From NCBI RefSeq assembly GCF_036588685.1, contig NC_086381.1, forward strand, positions 12,462,001 through 12,526,000: a DNA stretch of 64,000 nt, in the 5' to 3' direction. The notes beneath the pieces were generated by a model, which worked only from the letters and a program-made list of their open reading frames with translations, did not search any database and was not told where the DNA came from. Below are positions 12,559-25,756 of this stretch, piece after piece. The stretch is from Mytilus trossulus (lineage: Eukaryota). Both the position numbers and the translations under genes were made by a program. Numbering within the stretch: position 1 is the stretch's first letter; each line of letters starts with the position of its first letter.

Positions 12559-15049
12559 TTTCTTCAGTACACCATGCCATTCCACAGTTGAAAGTTTTGC
12601 CAAAATGAAGTCTAATTGGTGTCTATGATCGTTTCCTGATTTCAGGTAGTTGTGAAGCCGAGGGTGAATGGAATTACCTAGTATAAGTGTGTTTAAAGGC
12701 ATGCCTCGATTAAGATATTTTATAAAATTGAGTTTCACCAAATTTCTGTTCGTTCTTCTTTCAGCAGCTATTCAAGGCAACATATTAAAACATGTGCTGG
12801 AAGTAGCACCCCCGTATCAATAACCATATACCTAAAATTTTCAATTCTGCACATAAGAGTGTTTATTTTTGGCCGTTTAATCTATTTATTTATTTTCGAT
12901 TCTTATTTTTTCGTATTTTATTATATTTCAGTGATTTCTGGTTTTCTAATTTAATGCGCATAGAGGTATTTGCAGTATGAGTATTGCCCCTGAAGGTTCA
13001 GAAAAAAGCAATAATTTGTGTTCATAACATGTAAATTTGCATTAGTGTTTTTTTTTATTAGTAATTGCATGAAGCGGATTACTATTTAAATGATAGTCGA
13101 TCAGAGCTCACGTTTTTTTTCTGTTACTATGTACATTTGTACAAATAAAATTAACTAACATATATATAGTTCGTTAATTTTTGTATATTGTATCATTCAA
13201 TTCAACGAGGAGTCAGTTCAATATTAACACTAGTTGATTGCTTATGTGATTTTTTTTAATTTAAAAAATATAGTAAATTAATTGAAATAGTGTCAATAAC
13301 CATAAAAAAAACGAAACATCGATGTCTTTAAAACAAGCCAAATAACTAGCAAGGCTAACACAATTATACAACTTTAGAAATTAAGCAAAAAAGCATTATT
13401 GTTTTACAAAATAGTTCCGCTTTTTCTTGTTTCACGAGAAAAGGGAATAAATAATGCCTAAACAGAAAATAATTAGCTACACGATAATCTGAGCTTTGAT
13501 CTGTCATCAAAGTTATTGCATCATGTTAGATTAAAGTTCACAAGTCAGAGTGAGCAGTTTAGAATTGACACACTTCAATAATGGATCATCTCAAAAATAT
13601 GAATTTTATACTAAGTAGACCAATACCAGCTTTAATAATATTGCATCCAAAACATTTTTTTGTCAAAAATCTCCTTCAGTAAACAATTGATAATAATCTT
13701 GTATCGAGTGTATAATTTGCGTTGAAAATTGTCACTGGTGATCACAGTAGCAATAAATAAACGGAAAATCCATTCTGGAATATTCGTATCATAACATTAT
13801 GAAACTATCAATCAATCAATAAACCATTAAATCCAAGAAACGAACAAGCCCATTCAATTGATTAATGAACGCCAATTGCAGCCAAAAATGATCAATTTTT
13901 TTTTTTACGCAAATAGGCAGATTAGTTTTATTTTGACCTTCCCAAATCACTGCATTTTTTCGTTAAAACACAAGCGTTTTATCTTGCATTGACATGCGTA
14001 CAATATTGTTGGATGCTTTTCATCAGAATGACATATTTTTTAAAAATAAGAAATTGCATGATTTGTGATGTTTCTCAAATTTGTAGAGAACGCGTTTTTT
14101 CGATACTGTATAAATTCATTATTTATTGCAAACAAATAGTGAAAAAGTAACAATTGAAAAATCAAATCCTACCTCTTGTTCCATTCATGAAAATATCATG
14201 AACTCGTAGGGTGTAAAGTTTTAGCCACAAAATTGTGTAAAAAAAAAATGAAAAAAACATCATTTGATTGAAAAAAAATCATACTTCAAATTTGACTTGG
14301 CCTTTTAGTATAATATTTGAAGAGTAAACTAAAGACAAATCATTTCATAACTGTTAATCCACAAACAAGAGTAATAGTATAATTTCTAAAAGACTTTTTA
14401 ACTTCAGATCTAGAGTTGCCGTCCATGTTTTCATAAACAATATTTATTGTTACGTAATAAAAATTGCGTATGCGTACAGAATGCACAAGGACAAATTTGA
14501 ATAGGTAAACAATTAAAGTAGTAGCAATAATTACGTCATCAAATCAAGTTGCGTAATATTTAATAACAATGACCAGTCCATATCAAATAAAGTGTTAAGG
14601 GTTAATTGGGAAGGGGCGACGATATTTTTTTTAACACAATATCTTGTTAGTACTATTAAATATTCACCAACCACACTTGTTGTGAATTATTCAGACACCT
14701 GTATGTATGTATTGGCATCTCTTATAAGGGTATTTAAAGCAAAAGAAAGTTTGGGATTCAAAATCAACAAAATATTGGACTTTATACAGAATATTTACCT
14801 TCTCAAAGCATTGATTTATTAACATATAATACAGGGATACATGAAAATATTTCAAAACATTTCATTCTGGTTTATTTAGAGGTATTACCATGAAATGCGT
14901 TTGAGTGAACAATGGTAGAGCAAACATTGAATCATCTCACAAAATCCTTCAACAGACTATTTGATTTTTTGTATTTCTAAGAAGCAATATTTAAAAAGTT
15001 ATTTTTATGCCGAGTTAATCAATAATTGAATTAATACTAGATTCTCGAC

Positions 15050-15675
15050 TTAAGTATCTATACTAGTTACAAAAGAAACGATACACAAGTATGAAATATA
15101 ATAAATAGGAAAGAAATAAACTATCCAATAAAAAAGATTTACTTTAAATTGTCAATTCAATTGTGAAAATTATCAAACATATCTAATTAAACATCATAGA
15201 TGCATGTACTTTATGTATACAGAAACCCCAACTAAAATTAATCTTCCGCAAGCAAGTGAGTTGGATTGTATTAAAAACTGTGAAAAAAATGTGAGTAAAT
15301 TCACATGAGCGTACTGATTTTGGATATTAAAGTACTTACTTTTTCACGTGTGGTTACATCATAGTTACAATGCATTTCACCAGGTTTGTATAAAAATAAT
15401 TACGTTTTTTAATTCAGAATTGCGCAGCATTGTTTACGCTTCTGTCATTCATAATCAAAATGGGAGATGCATGTTCGTCTATAAATATGCTGCATTTGGG
15501 CCAATGGCAATTCGACATTCAGGCTAAATGTTAAAGGCGACATTAAGGCTAATTATTACATGTATAAAAGGTAAGTTCCATGTTAAGTATCTATACTAGT
15601 TACAAAAGAAACGATACACAAGTATGAAATATAATAAATAGGAAAGAAATAAACTATCCAATAAAAAAGATTTAC
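15050..15675. repeat. Perfect 93-bp direct repeat (15050-15142 and 15583-15675)
   Basis: ttaagtatctatactagttacaaaag...aaaaagatttac occurs twice, 533 bp apart. Confidence 0.9.
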
Positions 15676-16230
15676 AAAACAAATTCAAATGAATAAAACA
15701 ATCTAACAAAATTGACAAGTTGGAAAATACCAAGTTATTGAACACAGGCGTCAAATTTATTTTGTGGAAAATAATGACTAAAGTCGGCATTTAATTCCAA
15801 AGATGAGAATCAAGTTTTCAAATATCTGCAAATGCAATCAAAATTTCAGGCAGACCATGTTTAATTTCAAAGTTCAAAGTTCTAGTATCAATTTTATAAT
15901 TTTCGGGTGACTACAACTTTTGAATTTTCGGGTGAAAATACAAATTTTGAAATATTACAATTTTTTTCCTTAAATCAATGGTTTAGGTTAGATGAAAATA
16001 CTTTGTAAACATAAGAACTATTAAGCGTTATTGACCTTATTACAGTGTACCCTTATATATGCAAAATTCATTGCAGTATGTCGGTTTTTTGTTGTTGTTA
16101 ACTAGTATATATTTTGATTATATAATAATATTCTATGTGCAATAAATGACATTTTATTTATATCACCCGTCTATTATATGGTGATTTTTATAATCAACTC
16201 CTTGCAAAAGTAAAAATTATTCTAATCACT

Positions 16231-16430
16231 ACTAAGTATTTTCATATCTCAGGCATAGATAACCTTGGCAGTATTTAGCACTTTTTAGAATTTTGGGTCA
16301 TCAATGCTCTTCAACTTTGTACTTGTTTGACTTTTTTTACTATTTTGATCTCAGTGTCACTGGTGAGTCTTATGTCGACGAAACGCACGTATGGTGTATT
16401 AAATTATAAGCCTGGTACCTTTGATAATTA
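16231..16430 (+). mobile_element. Partial retrozyme, second family; degenerate hammerhead at 16354-16397
   Basis: caatgctcttcaactttgtacttg...gtgtcaCTGGTGAgtcttatgtcgacGAAAcgcacgta; core A6 mutated. Confidence 0.7.
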
Positions 16431-16836
16431 TAAGCATGTCGAAATGTCCCATTGAAATGTTTATTTGTGTATTTCTCTGTCCTGAATGTTCTTGCATGTA
16501 TTCGTAATGTAGTCCTGTCATGTAATGTTGACATTTTAGTTTTATATTTAATATTGCCATAAAAGAGCGAAGTTTGACTAGACGCAACACCAGGTTCATC
16601 CCACTATTTTTCTTTAAATTTTCTGTACCAAGGATGGAAAATTGCAGTTGTTATATTATAGTCCGTTTCTCTGTGTGTTGTATTGTTGTTTTAGTTTTTT
16701 GATGGACTTCAGTGTTTCTGTTGTTTCGTTGTTTTCCTCTTATAGTTGATGGGATTACCTCAGTTTGTTTTAGTTTGTTAGCCGAATTTGTTTTCCCTAA
16801 ATCGATTTATGACTTTCGAACAGCTGTATATAGATC

Positions 16837-17227
16837 AACTCATTATAGATACCAGGATTAAATTTTGTATTTACTGCAGACGCGCTTTTCGTCTACAATA
16901 GACTTATCAGTGACGGTCGAATCCAAAAAAAGTTAAAAAGGCCAAATAAAGTACGTAGTTGAAGACCATTGAAGACAAACATTCCTAAAGGTTTTGCCAA
17001 ATACAGCTTAGGTAATCAATTCCTGAGGTAGAAAAGTCTTAGTATTTCAAAAATTCAAAAGTAGTGTTAAAGTTGATTTATTAATATGACCATACCAATG
17101 ATAATTCATGACGGAACAAAAGTGCTGACCACTGGGCTAGTGATACTCCAGGGAATTTTAAAAAACTCCAATAGCAGTGGCATCGACCCAAATGTTGTAA
17201 ATAAACTCATCATAGATAACAGGATTA
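16837..17227 (-). mobile_element. Non-LTR retrozyme, second family, full unit with ~24-bp terminal direct repeat; hammerhead mutated
   Basis: aactcattatagataccaggatta ... aactcatcatagataacaggatta. Hammerhead at ~16873-16916 has CUGAUAA and a broken stem III. Splits a host repeat (gaacagctgtata | tactactgttgc). Confidence 0.8.
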
Positions 17228-18894
17228 CATTACTACTGTTGCTTTTATTTACCATTCAGTTTTCCAGATAGTGTTTGCTTTCTGATCGCCACACGATTTG
17301 GCAGTTTAACTTTGAGTAAGACAAGTCGTTATAGCCCTAAATACTGTTTTACATGTACAGAAGTATTGGTTAATAAAATATATATAAGCGTGGGAACAAA
17401 TAACATCACCTATAAATATAAAATTGAGAATGGAAATGAGAATGTGCCAAAGAGACGACAACCCGACCAAAGAGTAAGGAGTAAGTATATTTATAAATAT
17501 AGCTGAAAGAAAGAAGATTGAAAAAAAATATAGTCAAATGACCTTTGTAAGTGTTGTTTGTTTTATGGATTTTTGTCCATTATATACGTTTCGGAGTGTA
17601 GCGTGACGTCCACTTTCACTGAACTAGTACACGTTTTTTAAGGGCAAGCTGCAGCCCGCCTCCGGGTTCGAGCTGTGATAAAGACCCATTGGTTGCTTTG
17701 TTCTGCTTTTTTGTTCTTTGGTCGGGTTGTTTTTTCTTTGATACATTCCCTATTTCTATTCTCAATTCAATTTTATAATTCCAAAATGTGTGCGGAAAAA
17801 AACTTAAAGTATAATCGTAAACAACTAACCTCAATAGCTTTTGCGGTAAGGTGTTCCAAATGGTAGGAAAGTAAAAATACTACAAAACTATAACGTCTTT
17901 AGTTTAAACATATTTATTCATCATCTATACAAATATATAATCATATAAAATACACAATAATTACCGGATTCGGAAACAAGCTATATATAGCTTATATTAA
18001 TCCGTTTCCTTGAAATACCCACTCCAGTTAACTATTACATAAATATAGCATGCAATATTACAATGATATGGAACAAGAATAAATAAGTTATTATATAACT
18101 GAATAAGAAAGGAGAAAAAAAAGAATATTAAAATTCTATAACGTCTTTAATAGTAGAAGCCCAAAAGATATTCATTCAGTTACTACTATCAAATGATCCA
18201 TTATTAAAATCAACACAAGTCAAAGATCTAGTTCATGGATAAGTTATACATTAGGCAAGTTGATCTGATAGGGATTATAGCTTTTATTTAGGTTTGTTTT
18301 GGGTAATATAAGTCCCCTCAACTGTTCGCATACATTCTTTGCTTTCAAATAGTCGGCTTTGAACGTTTGTGGTGAATGTTAATCCAGAAAAGGCTTCAGA
18401 CTGCTGAAATTTAAAACGTGCTGTTTCTTATTGGAGAAACCTCTAAACAAATTTCTAATAAAAATAAAAATGTGTATACATGTAAACCTCAGATCTATGT
18501 ACGACCTCAAATCTGTGTCCGTTTCTCAAATCTATGCCCAATCGTGACGTCAATCGCTAATCTATGTCCATACAAAATTGTTCGACCTCAAATCTGTGGC
18601 CGATTTTTAATCATGACGTCATTCGCAAATCTATGTCCTTAAAAAAATAATTCGGCCTCAAATCTGTGGCCGATTTTTAATTGTGACGTTTTTCTCAAAT
18701 CTATGTCCGTTATAAAAGAAAAGGCTTTAAAACTGTGTAATGTTTAATTCTTTTTTAGCCATGCGCAAATTTATGCCCGTCTTATAATTTCGGCCTTATA
18801 GGTTTTTGTTATTCCCATAGTTCAATATTAATTTGGTGGTAGATCTATGTGTTTTCCATGTGTGTACAAGAGCTTAAGTATCAGTAAATCTTTC

Positions 18895-19257
18895 GTTCTT
18901 ATGTTGTACTGCTATACCACTGTCCCAGGTTAGGGGGAGGGTTGGGATCCCGCTAACATGTTTAACACCGCCACATTATTTATGTATGTGCATGTCCCAA
19001 GTTAGGAGCCTGTAATTCAGTGGTTGTTGTTTGTTCATGTGTTACAGTTTTGTTCATTTATTTTACATAAATGAGGCCGTTAGTTTTCCTCGTTTGAGTT
19101 GTTTTACATTGTCTTATCGGGCCTTTTATATCTGACTATGCGGTATGGGCTTTGCTTATTGTTGAAGGCTGTACGGTTACCTGTAGTTGTAAATGTTTGT
19201 GTCATTTTGGTTTTTTGTGGACAGTTGTCTCATTGGCAATAATACCACTTTTTTATA
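18895..19257. mobile_element. SINE-like repeat nested in the TIR element
   Basis: 3' part ggccttttata...gaaggctgtacggttacc...agttgtctcattggcaat recurs at ~22130-22330, 37180-37265 plus 42600-42680, 40346-40444 (rc), 48005-48140 (rc) and 62425-62565. Confidence 0.7.
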
Positions 19258-19695
19258 CTAGATAGATTATTTCGCTTGTATTTAAAGAGGGACTAAAAAA
19301 GTCCCTGATTCAAAATATTGTTTTTAAATATAAAAAAGAAGATGTGGTGTGATTTTTTTTATTTAAGAACGGTTTTGTTTGATTTTTGTTTTATAAAGTA
19401 ATTTCTCCATGTTTGTGGTTAAAATTATGTGTGTGGATTGTATGCCGCCTTGAAGAATTCAACTACACGTTTTTTTCTAACTAAAAAAAAGAAAAGAATT
19501 ACTATTTGTTTGCAACTTAAGCGTACTTTAATTGTCTCTAAATTGTCTCATATTGCTGTTAAATTGACATTCATACCACATTATCTATTATATGTTACTT
19601 TAAATATCAATAAAATCATTCTGAATTGATAAAAATAAAAGTTACGTGCTCTATATTTTTAATTAAAATATTTGTGAATCACAATAGAGCATATA

Positions 19696-20317
19696 TCAAT
19701 TGTTTGGTCTTAGCTGATATCTATTTAGTTCAAATGTGAAACTTGTAATTATGTCTTTAATCACAAAAATCTTTCCCCGAGAAGGATCATTCTTTATGTT
19801 TTGGCATATTCCTTCTCTCCAGAAACCGGATGTAAACACTGCCGTCCCTTTGTTCATAGCTGGATTTGTTTTGAATTGCAAATACTCCCCAATTGTAGGA
19901 GTGAAGATATCCTGATAATTGTCAGAAAACAGTTCAAGAGGATATATCTCTAGTTGACGTTTTTGAAAACAGTCCATCAGCCCACTATTCATAACAAATT
20001 TTCCTCCAGTCTAAAAAAACAAACCATAAAGCAATTTTAAACCATTTGTATTAATAAATAAAATATCGACATTAACTTTTTTTCATATAAACCACATTGA
20101 CACTGATAATGAATAGATACATAAAAAGTAAAAGGATAAGAAAAAAATTTAATTTAAATTAACATTTGATATTTCTATTTACATACATGTATCAACTTGT
20201 ATGACTTACGGGAATAGCATTTTCTTTATCGTTGCTATCATTTACAAAGCGCCTTTTGTAAAGTTCCTTGTAATACGGACTAGCACCTTCCATGGGATCG
20301 AGATTATTTTGGAACAT
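19696..20317 (-). CDS. Two-exon 140-aa ORF carried by the TIR element; possible Tudor/Agenet-like domain
   Basis: Exon 20317-20210 (ATG, 36 codons, GTAAGT donor) joins in frame to exon 20010-19696 (tttgtttttttAG acceptor) with no stops; ATTAAA about 30 nt after the stop. Confidence 0.6.
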
Positions 20318-23117
20318 CTATGACGCAATATAAAAAAGGACATAGATTTTGGGAAAGGACATAGATTTGAGGCAGGACATAGATTTGAGGCTTACATACA
20401 TATATATGATTGGGCTACAGGAGATCGAGTATAGATTAGTAAAGAAATAAAGGAAATATCAATTACCTGCCAGATTAGTAAAAAGTAAAAGAGCAAAACA
20501 AAACAGACCACTATGGAAAAATCAAACCGAAAAGTCCGTTATTAAATGACAAAAGCTCACACACATCAAACGATAAGAAAACAACTGTCATATTCCTGAC
20601 TTGGTACAAAAGAAGGGCAATGCAAGTTGTCACTGTACAAGTTTTATAGTCACCATCGGAAAATGTTAGACCGTTTCGATTTTTCCCAACAGGTTTTCGA
20701 GGTTTCAGAAGTTAATATATCAGAAATGTTATCTGTAAATTAACCGGTTATGTCCATTTCTCTGTGTTATCATTTTAACTTGTCTACCTTTATGCATACA
20801 TGTCAAAAGCAAACCATGGCATAACTGTTTGAAGTTTTGTTTTTTTCAATGCTCTTCAAACTTGATTTGGCTTTCCAACTGTTGATTCGATTAATACAAA
20901 TTATATAAAGCTAATCGTTGAGTAACCTGTGCGTTGCTGCATCCTCGTACGTCATCATGCCATCATAACACAATTAGACCTAATTCTCCTCCACTTAGGA
21001 GAATTGTCTTATGGATGAGTACTTTATTCCGTGCAATCCGCTATGGTTTACAAAAGGCAGTAGTAGATTACTTATGCTTAAATCTCCTTAATAAAATAAG
21101 AAGATACAAAACAAGTTAACGAGAGGAATCGCATAAACTATAAACATAACGATACCAGGTACTTTGACCAGGAAAGCACCTCCTGTTAAGCATGTATCAC
21201 CAGCCCATATGAATCAATACTTAGCCAAAAGGTCACTTGCTATACGACGAATTTGGTTAGAGGCTGTTATTGCGTGTTTTACGATCTAAGACCATGAAAA
21301 CAAATTGCCAGTTTGTTGAGACAAACATGCCTGGCATTGGTCAACCAATGTGTGATGTTGGAGTTAAAACTTATGTTGTATCAATTTCAGTCGTTCTTCA
21401 TAATAACTATGTTGGACTATTTTTCTGTGTCTCAAGGACGTCCTTGCCAATGAAGCGTGAATATGTACGAGCGTAACGTATCAAATGAAATATGTTAACG
21501 CACTGAATGGCGCAAGGAGGAAGTCGATAATTGAAAGCATTACTTTTGTCATAGAACCTAGTTTGAAGTCGTCAATATCGAAGAAAGGATCAAGATAAGT
21601 ACTGATACCTCTTTTTTTAATATATACACATGAAAACATGTTAATAGAGAATAGTATTTTTTTTTAATACTCCATACGTTTCAATACGAAACATTACATT
21701 GTTTGGGGATTAATACGGTTTGTAACATTGAATAAGCCATAGCATATAGATATAAAAAAAAAAAAATTACGGGACTTGAAATTTTATATATTAGAGGTTT
21801 GACAAAGCCTATGGAACCGTGACTGATATCGATAACGTAACGTCATGCAGGATAGGGTTGTGGTTAAGCCTTTGTGGCTGATATCGCTATCATCGTGATC
21901 ACAGAAGGCTGATACAACACGATTGATTGTCATCGAGCGTATTTCACATACAACTTACCTATATTTAGAACTGAATATATGATAACAGATGATATAATAA
22001 AATATAAAGATAAAACTATGAACATGTCTTGCACACATTTTCCGTATCTGCTAAATGGAGGATTGGTTGGGACTAACTTTCAATGTTTGGGTCGGAATTT
22101 ATTGGTCTTCAGCCTTTGTGTTTCGTTTCTTGCACGGCCATAAACTAAATCATTGATTTTCTTGTTTGAACTTTTCATATTTTGTCTTGTTTGAGGCTTT
22201 TGTATCTAACTACGGTTTGTGTGTTTGATCATTGTTAAAGGCAATGCAGTTACGTAAAATTACGTACATCTACTTTATTTGACCTTTGTAAATATGTGTA
22301 TCATTGGCAATCACATTGCACTTCCTTGTTTGTTATTATAGTAAAAATCAATTACAGTTTTAAATAATTTCATTTAAAAGTTTACTACAAGATTTAATAT
22401 TTACATTAAAGAAATCTCTGGTTTGACATTTAACTATAGGCAATAAAAGTTATCATGAGTATTTATTATTCCTATGGCGCATTCAGTATCAGACTTGTTC
22501 CTGATTTATTGCAAATTCCAGTTGAATGTCACCATTTCAGTTTCTCAAGGGAAACTCTATAATACTTAACTAAAGATATATATTTCGTTCCACATAATTT
22601 TACTCATTTAATTTTTATGGTGATGTTGTTTCTGCAGCTTTTTATTTGAGATGGTATCCATATGTAATAATTACCATCGATAAACTGGTTGGCTTAATAA
22701 CATTTAAAGCTTTTGACCTTTTTTGTTTGTTTTCCAAAGTTTTATCATAACTGGGAATGTATTGCTATTCACTTGATACAGCATCATGTGTTTGCTTTGT
22801 ATTAAGACATTGAACAATAAACTAAAATACTTTTCCAAAACAACTCGTCGAGTCCGTTGACGTTCGTTTTTTTTTTTTTTATGTTTTGTCGATTACGAAG
22901 GGAAAGATTCAGTTGAGTTTTGACTTTTAAGTATTTTTTGGTAACTGTCAGTCCTCTTAAGTCTTATTATGTGTGCTTGTTACGATTGTTGAGTGAAGCC
23001 GTTTTTTAAATCATTATTACCAACGCATTCTTTATGTGTGTGTCTGTCGGTTGATGTTAATTGGGCTTTGTCTTAACTATTTTTCGATTGATATTTTTAG
23101 GTTATACCACACCTTAA

Positions 23118-23435
23118 GCTTTTTTTATGCCGCATTTTGTGCATGTTTTCTGGTCTGTGCGTCCGTTCGTTCGTTCGTCCGTTCGTTCATTGTTTGTCCG
23201 TCTGCTCATTCGTTCGTTCTTTCGTTCGTTCGTCCGTCCGTCCCACTTCAGGTTAAAGATTTTGGTCAAGGTAGTGTTTGATGAAATTGGAGTCCAATCA
23301 ACTTGAAACTTAGTACACATGTTCCTTATGATATGATATTTCTAATTTTAATGCCAAATTAGAGATTTTACCTCCTTTTTACGGTCCACTGAACATAGAA
23401 AATGATAGTGCGTGTATTTTGGACGCATTCTTGTT
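23118..23435 (+). mobile_element. Helentron-associated (HINE/DINE-1-like) non-autonomous element with (ttcg)n microsatellite
   Basis: T-rich insertion site, tttttatgcc start, (gttc/gtcc)n at 23160-23242, ends gcattcttgtt. Confidence 0.55.
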
Positions 23436-23884
23436 TATGTAATATTTTAAACTTTGTTATCTTTTTATATTCAATTATATTGTAAGAATTTTTGCTCATT
23501 ATTAAAGGTCGTAATGGGACTTGTAGTTGTTGCATCCTTGTATCTGTGAGTGAATATTTGGCCGTCATACATCTCATTGCATTTATATCTCGAAACACAA
23601 ATACAAAATATTTGCCTAATTCGAAAAGGAAAATAACCCTATACATTTAGTGTGTCTGAAACGTTTAGAAAAACAATGATGTCCATCAGCCTCATGAATA
23701 GTTTAACTTAGCCGTATTTGGAAAAAAAACCATTGCAATACTCTTTTCAACTTTGTACCAATTTTGTTTTATCTTTTTAGTATCTAATTTAAGCTTCACT
23801 AATAAGTTCATATTAGACATAACAACCTGACAAAATTGTGAGCCTTATGAGTATTATGTAGTTCAAATGTGTTGTACTTGACTA

Positions 23885-24350
23885 AAAAGTAAAATCACAA
23901 AAATATTGAACTCCAATGAAAATTCAAAAAGGAAAGTTCCCAATCAAATGCTCATTATTAACAATCACCAGGAACGTTCAAACACATCGTCATCAGGAAC
24001 GTTTAAATGTAAAATCACAAAAATACCAATTTTCATGGAAAATTCAAAACGGAAAGACCCTAATCAAATGGCAAAATAAAAAGCTCAAACACATCAAATG
24101 AATGGATAACAACTGTCATATTCCTGATTTGGTACAGGCAATTTGTTATGAACAAAATTCTAAATCTAACCTGGTTTAATAGCTACCTACACCTCTCACT
24201 TGTATGACAGTCGCATAAAATTTCATTATATTGACAACGATGTGTGAACAAAACAAACAGACATAATAGGTAAAAATGTCAAAATTGGGGTACAGTAAAT
24301 ATCAGTCAACATTGTGTTATAATCTTAATCACTAAACCCACAAACAAAGT
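23885..24350 (+). mobile_element. Dispersed repeat (aaaagtaaaatcacaaaaatac... family), with the 5' part duplicated
   Basis: Matches the reverse complement of 1057-1256 and 12225-12425. Confidence 0.65.
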
Positions 24351-24759
24351 CAAATGGATATCACCAAAAATAGTCTAAACAGTGAAAGTAATATTCACAT
24401 ACTGACACATTATTAGGATGATAAACAACGTCAGAACCCAGTATATTTACTCCAAGACCATCGTGCATTCTTTGTGAAGTTAATACGGAAAATGCATGCA
24501 CACTTTCATACTTAAGAGCTATAAGACTAAGCTGATCGTAAAAAATAAAGCAAATTCCACCCGAGGTCAACTTTGCCTGAAAGAATTGTCAACTTCTTTG
24601 TCAGAGAAAGTTGGAACCTTATTTTCTCAATGATTTTTTTCAATTACCATGGAGGAGTTTTTGATGATATGATGTATTTGCTCTTTTTAAACCTACAAAA
24701 TGCGATAAAACACTTAAACCCCAGTAACAGTAACTCTGTGATACAATATGACTAGTATA

Positions 24760-25169
24760 GGTTACAAGAGCGCAATTATTCGTAATGCATTTTCCATAGG
24801 GTAACACTCGTGTTTTTTTCTTTTTTCTCGAAGACTACATAAACAAGGGAAAATCGGGTAGCAGTTCCTGTTACTAGAAATGCCAGTGTTGCATTACAAC
24901 CAAAAACTATATAGGGTTATGCTGCTCAAATTTTCCGCTTAATGAAAAAGGCATATTTAAATGGCTCCAACGTGCGAAAATAGAAGATATTTTTTATAAT
25001 TCGTAAAATGTGAATATGATTTTTAGCAATTTTTTTAACTTAATTAGATAAGCTTTCGATTAAATATAATTCCAATCCTGTATCGTCCAATCAGAAACCG
25101 TATAGGATTCTATTCTGAGTACCAACTCTTGTCGGTAAAATGTAAACAAATAATTGCGCTCTTGTAACC
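24760..25169. mobile_element. MITE with perfect ~21-bp TIRs, Kolobok-like (TTAA target)
   Basis: ggttacaagagcgcaattatt / aataattgcgctcttgtaacc; right flank ttaa, left flank tata. Confidence 0.8.
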
Positions 25170-25756
25170 TTAACATATTTGTTAAGATTTGGTTGAGATG
25201 AGACGTAAACAAATTTTAAAAAGAAAGTGACGTAATTTATTAGAGTGCATGGCCATATTATATTAGATTTTTGAAATATAATATCTTAAGAATAGTTTAT
25301 AGAATCAAAAATAGAACATCTTTCTCAAACAGAATGTAAACAATCGTATCACAATGTGAAAAGGATGTAATGAAAATCCGTTACATTCTTTACATTGTAT
25401 TGTAATTCAACAGAAATAACCTGTAATAAAATAGGGAATAAAATCCAATTTAAATAAAATTCGATGCAATAAGAAGACTATTGCGCATTTCATAACTTAT
25501 AAAAACTAGCTTTTATCTTAATGTCATACTCTCTTCATTTCAAGTTAAATCAGGTTAAAAATCTCATTTAATGATAATCTTAACATTAAGATTGCACAAT
25601 AGTTCTTTATTTGTCGACAAAAGCAATTTCTGGACCGAAAACCGTATTAGTCGGCACACGGTATAATTTTTTTCTAGCTGTTCTTCTAAATAGCACCAGT
25701 AATTACTAGGGACTTTATATAATTCATGTATTCCTTCTTTATATGGATCATATCTT

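Larger units (their letters stand above)
18481..20396. mobile_element. Non-autonomous TIR DNA element (TGT...ACA ends, 4-bp TSD; Ginger-like) with subterminal aaatctatgtcc repeats
   Basis: Left end tgtaaacctcagatctatgtacgacctcaaatctgtgtcc versus reverse complement of right end tgtaagcctcaaatctatgtcctgcctcaaatctatgtcc; taca at 18477-18480 and 20397-20400. Confidence 0.8.

Noticed and set aside
23036-23320. ORFs with SFVR/TNER repeats
   Set aside because: Translations of the (ttcg)n microsatellite.
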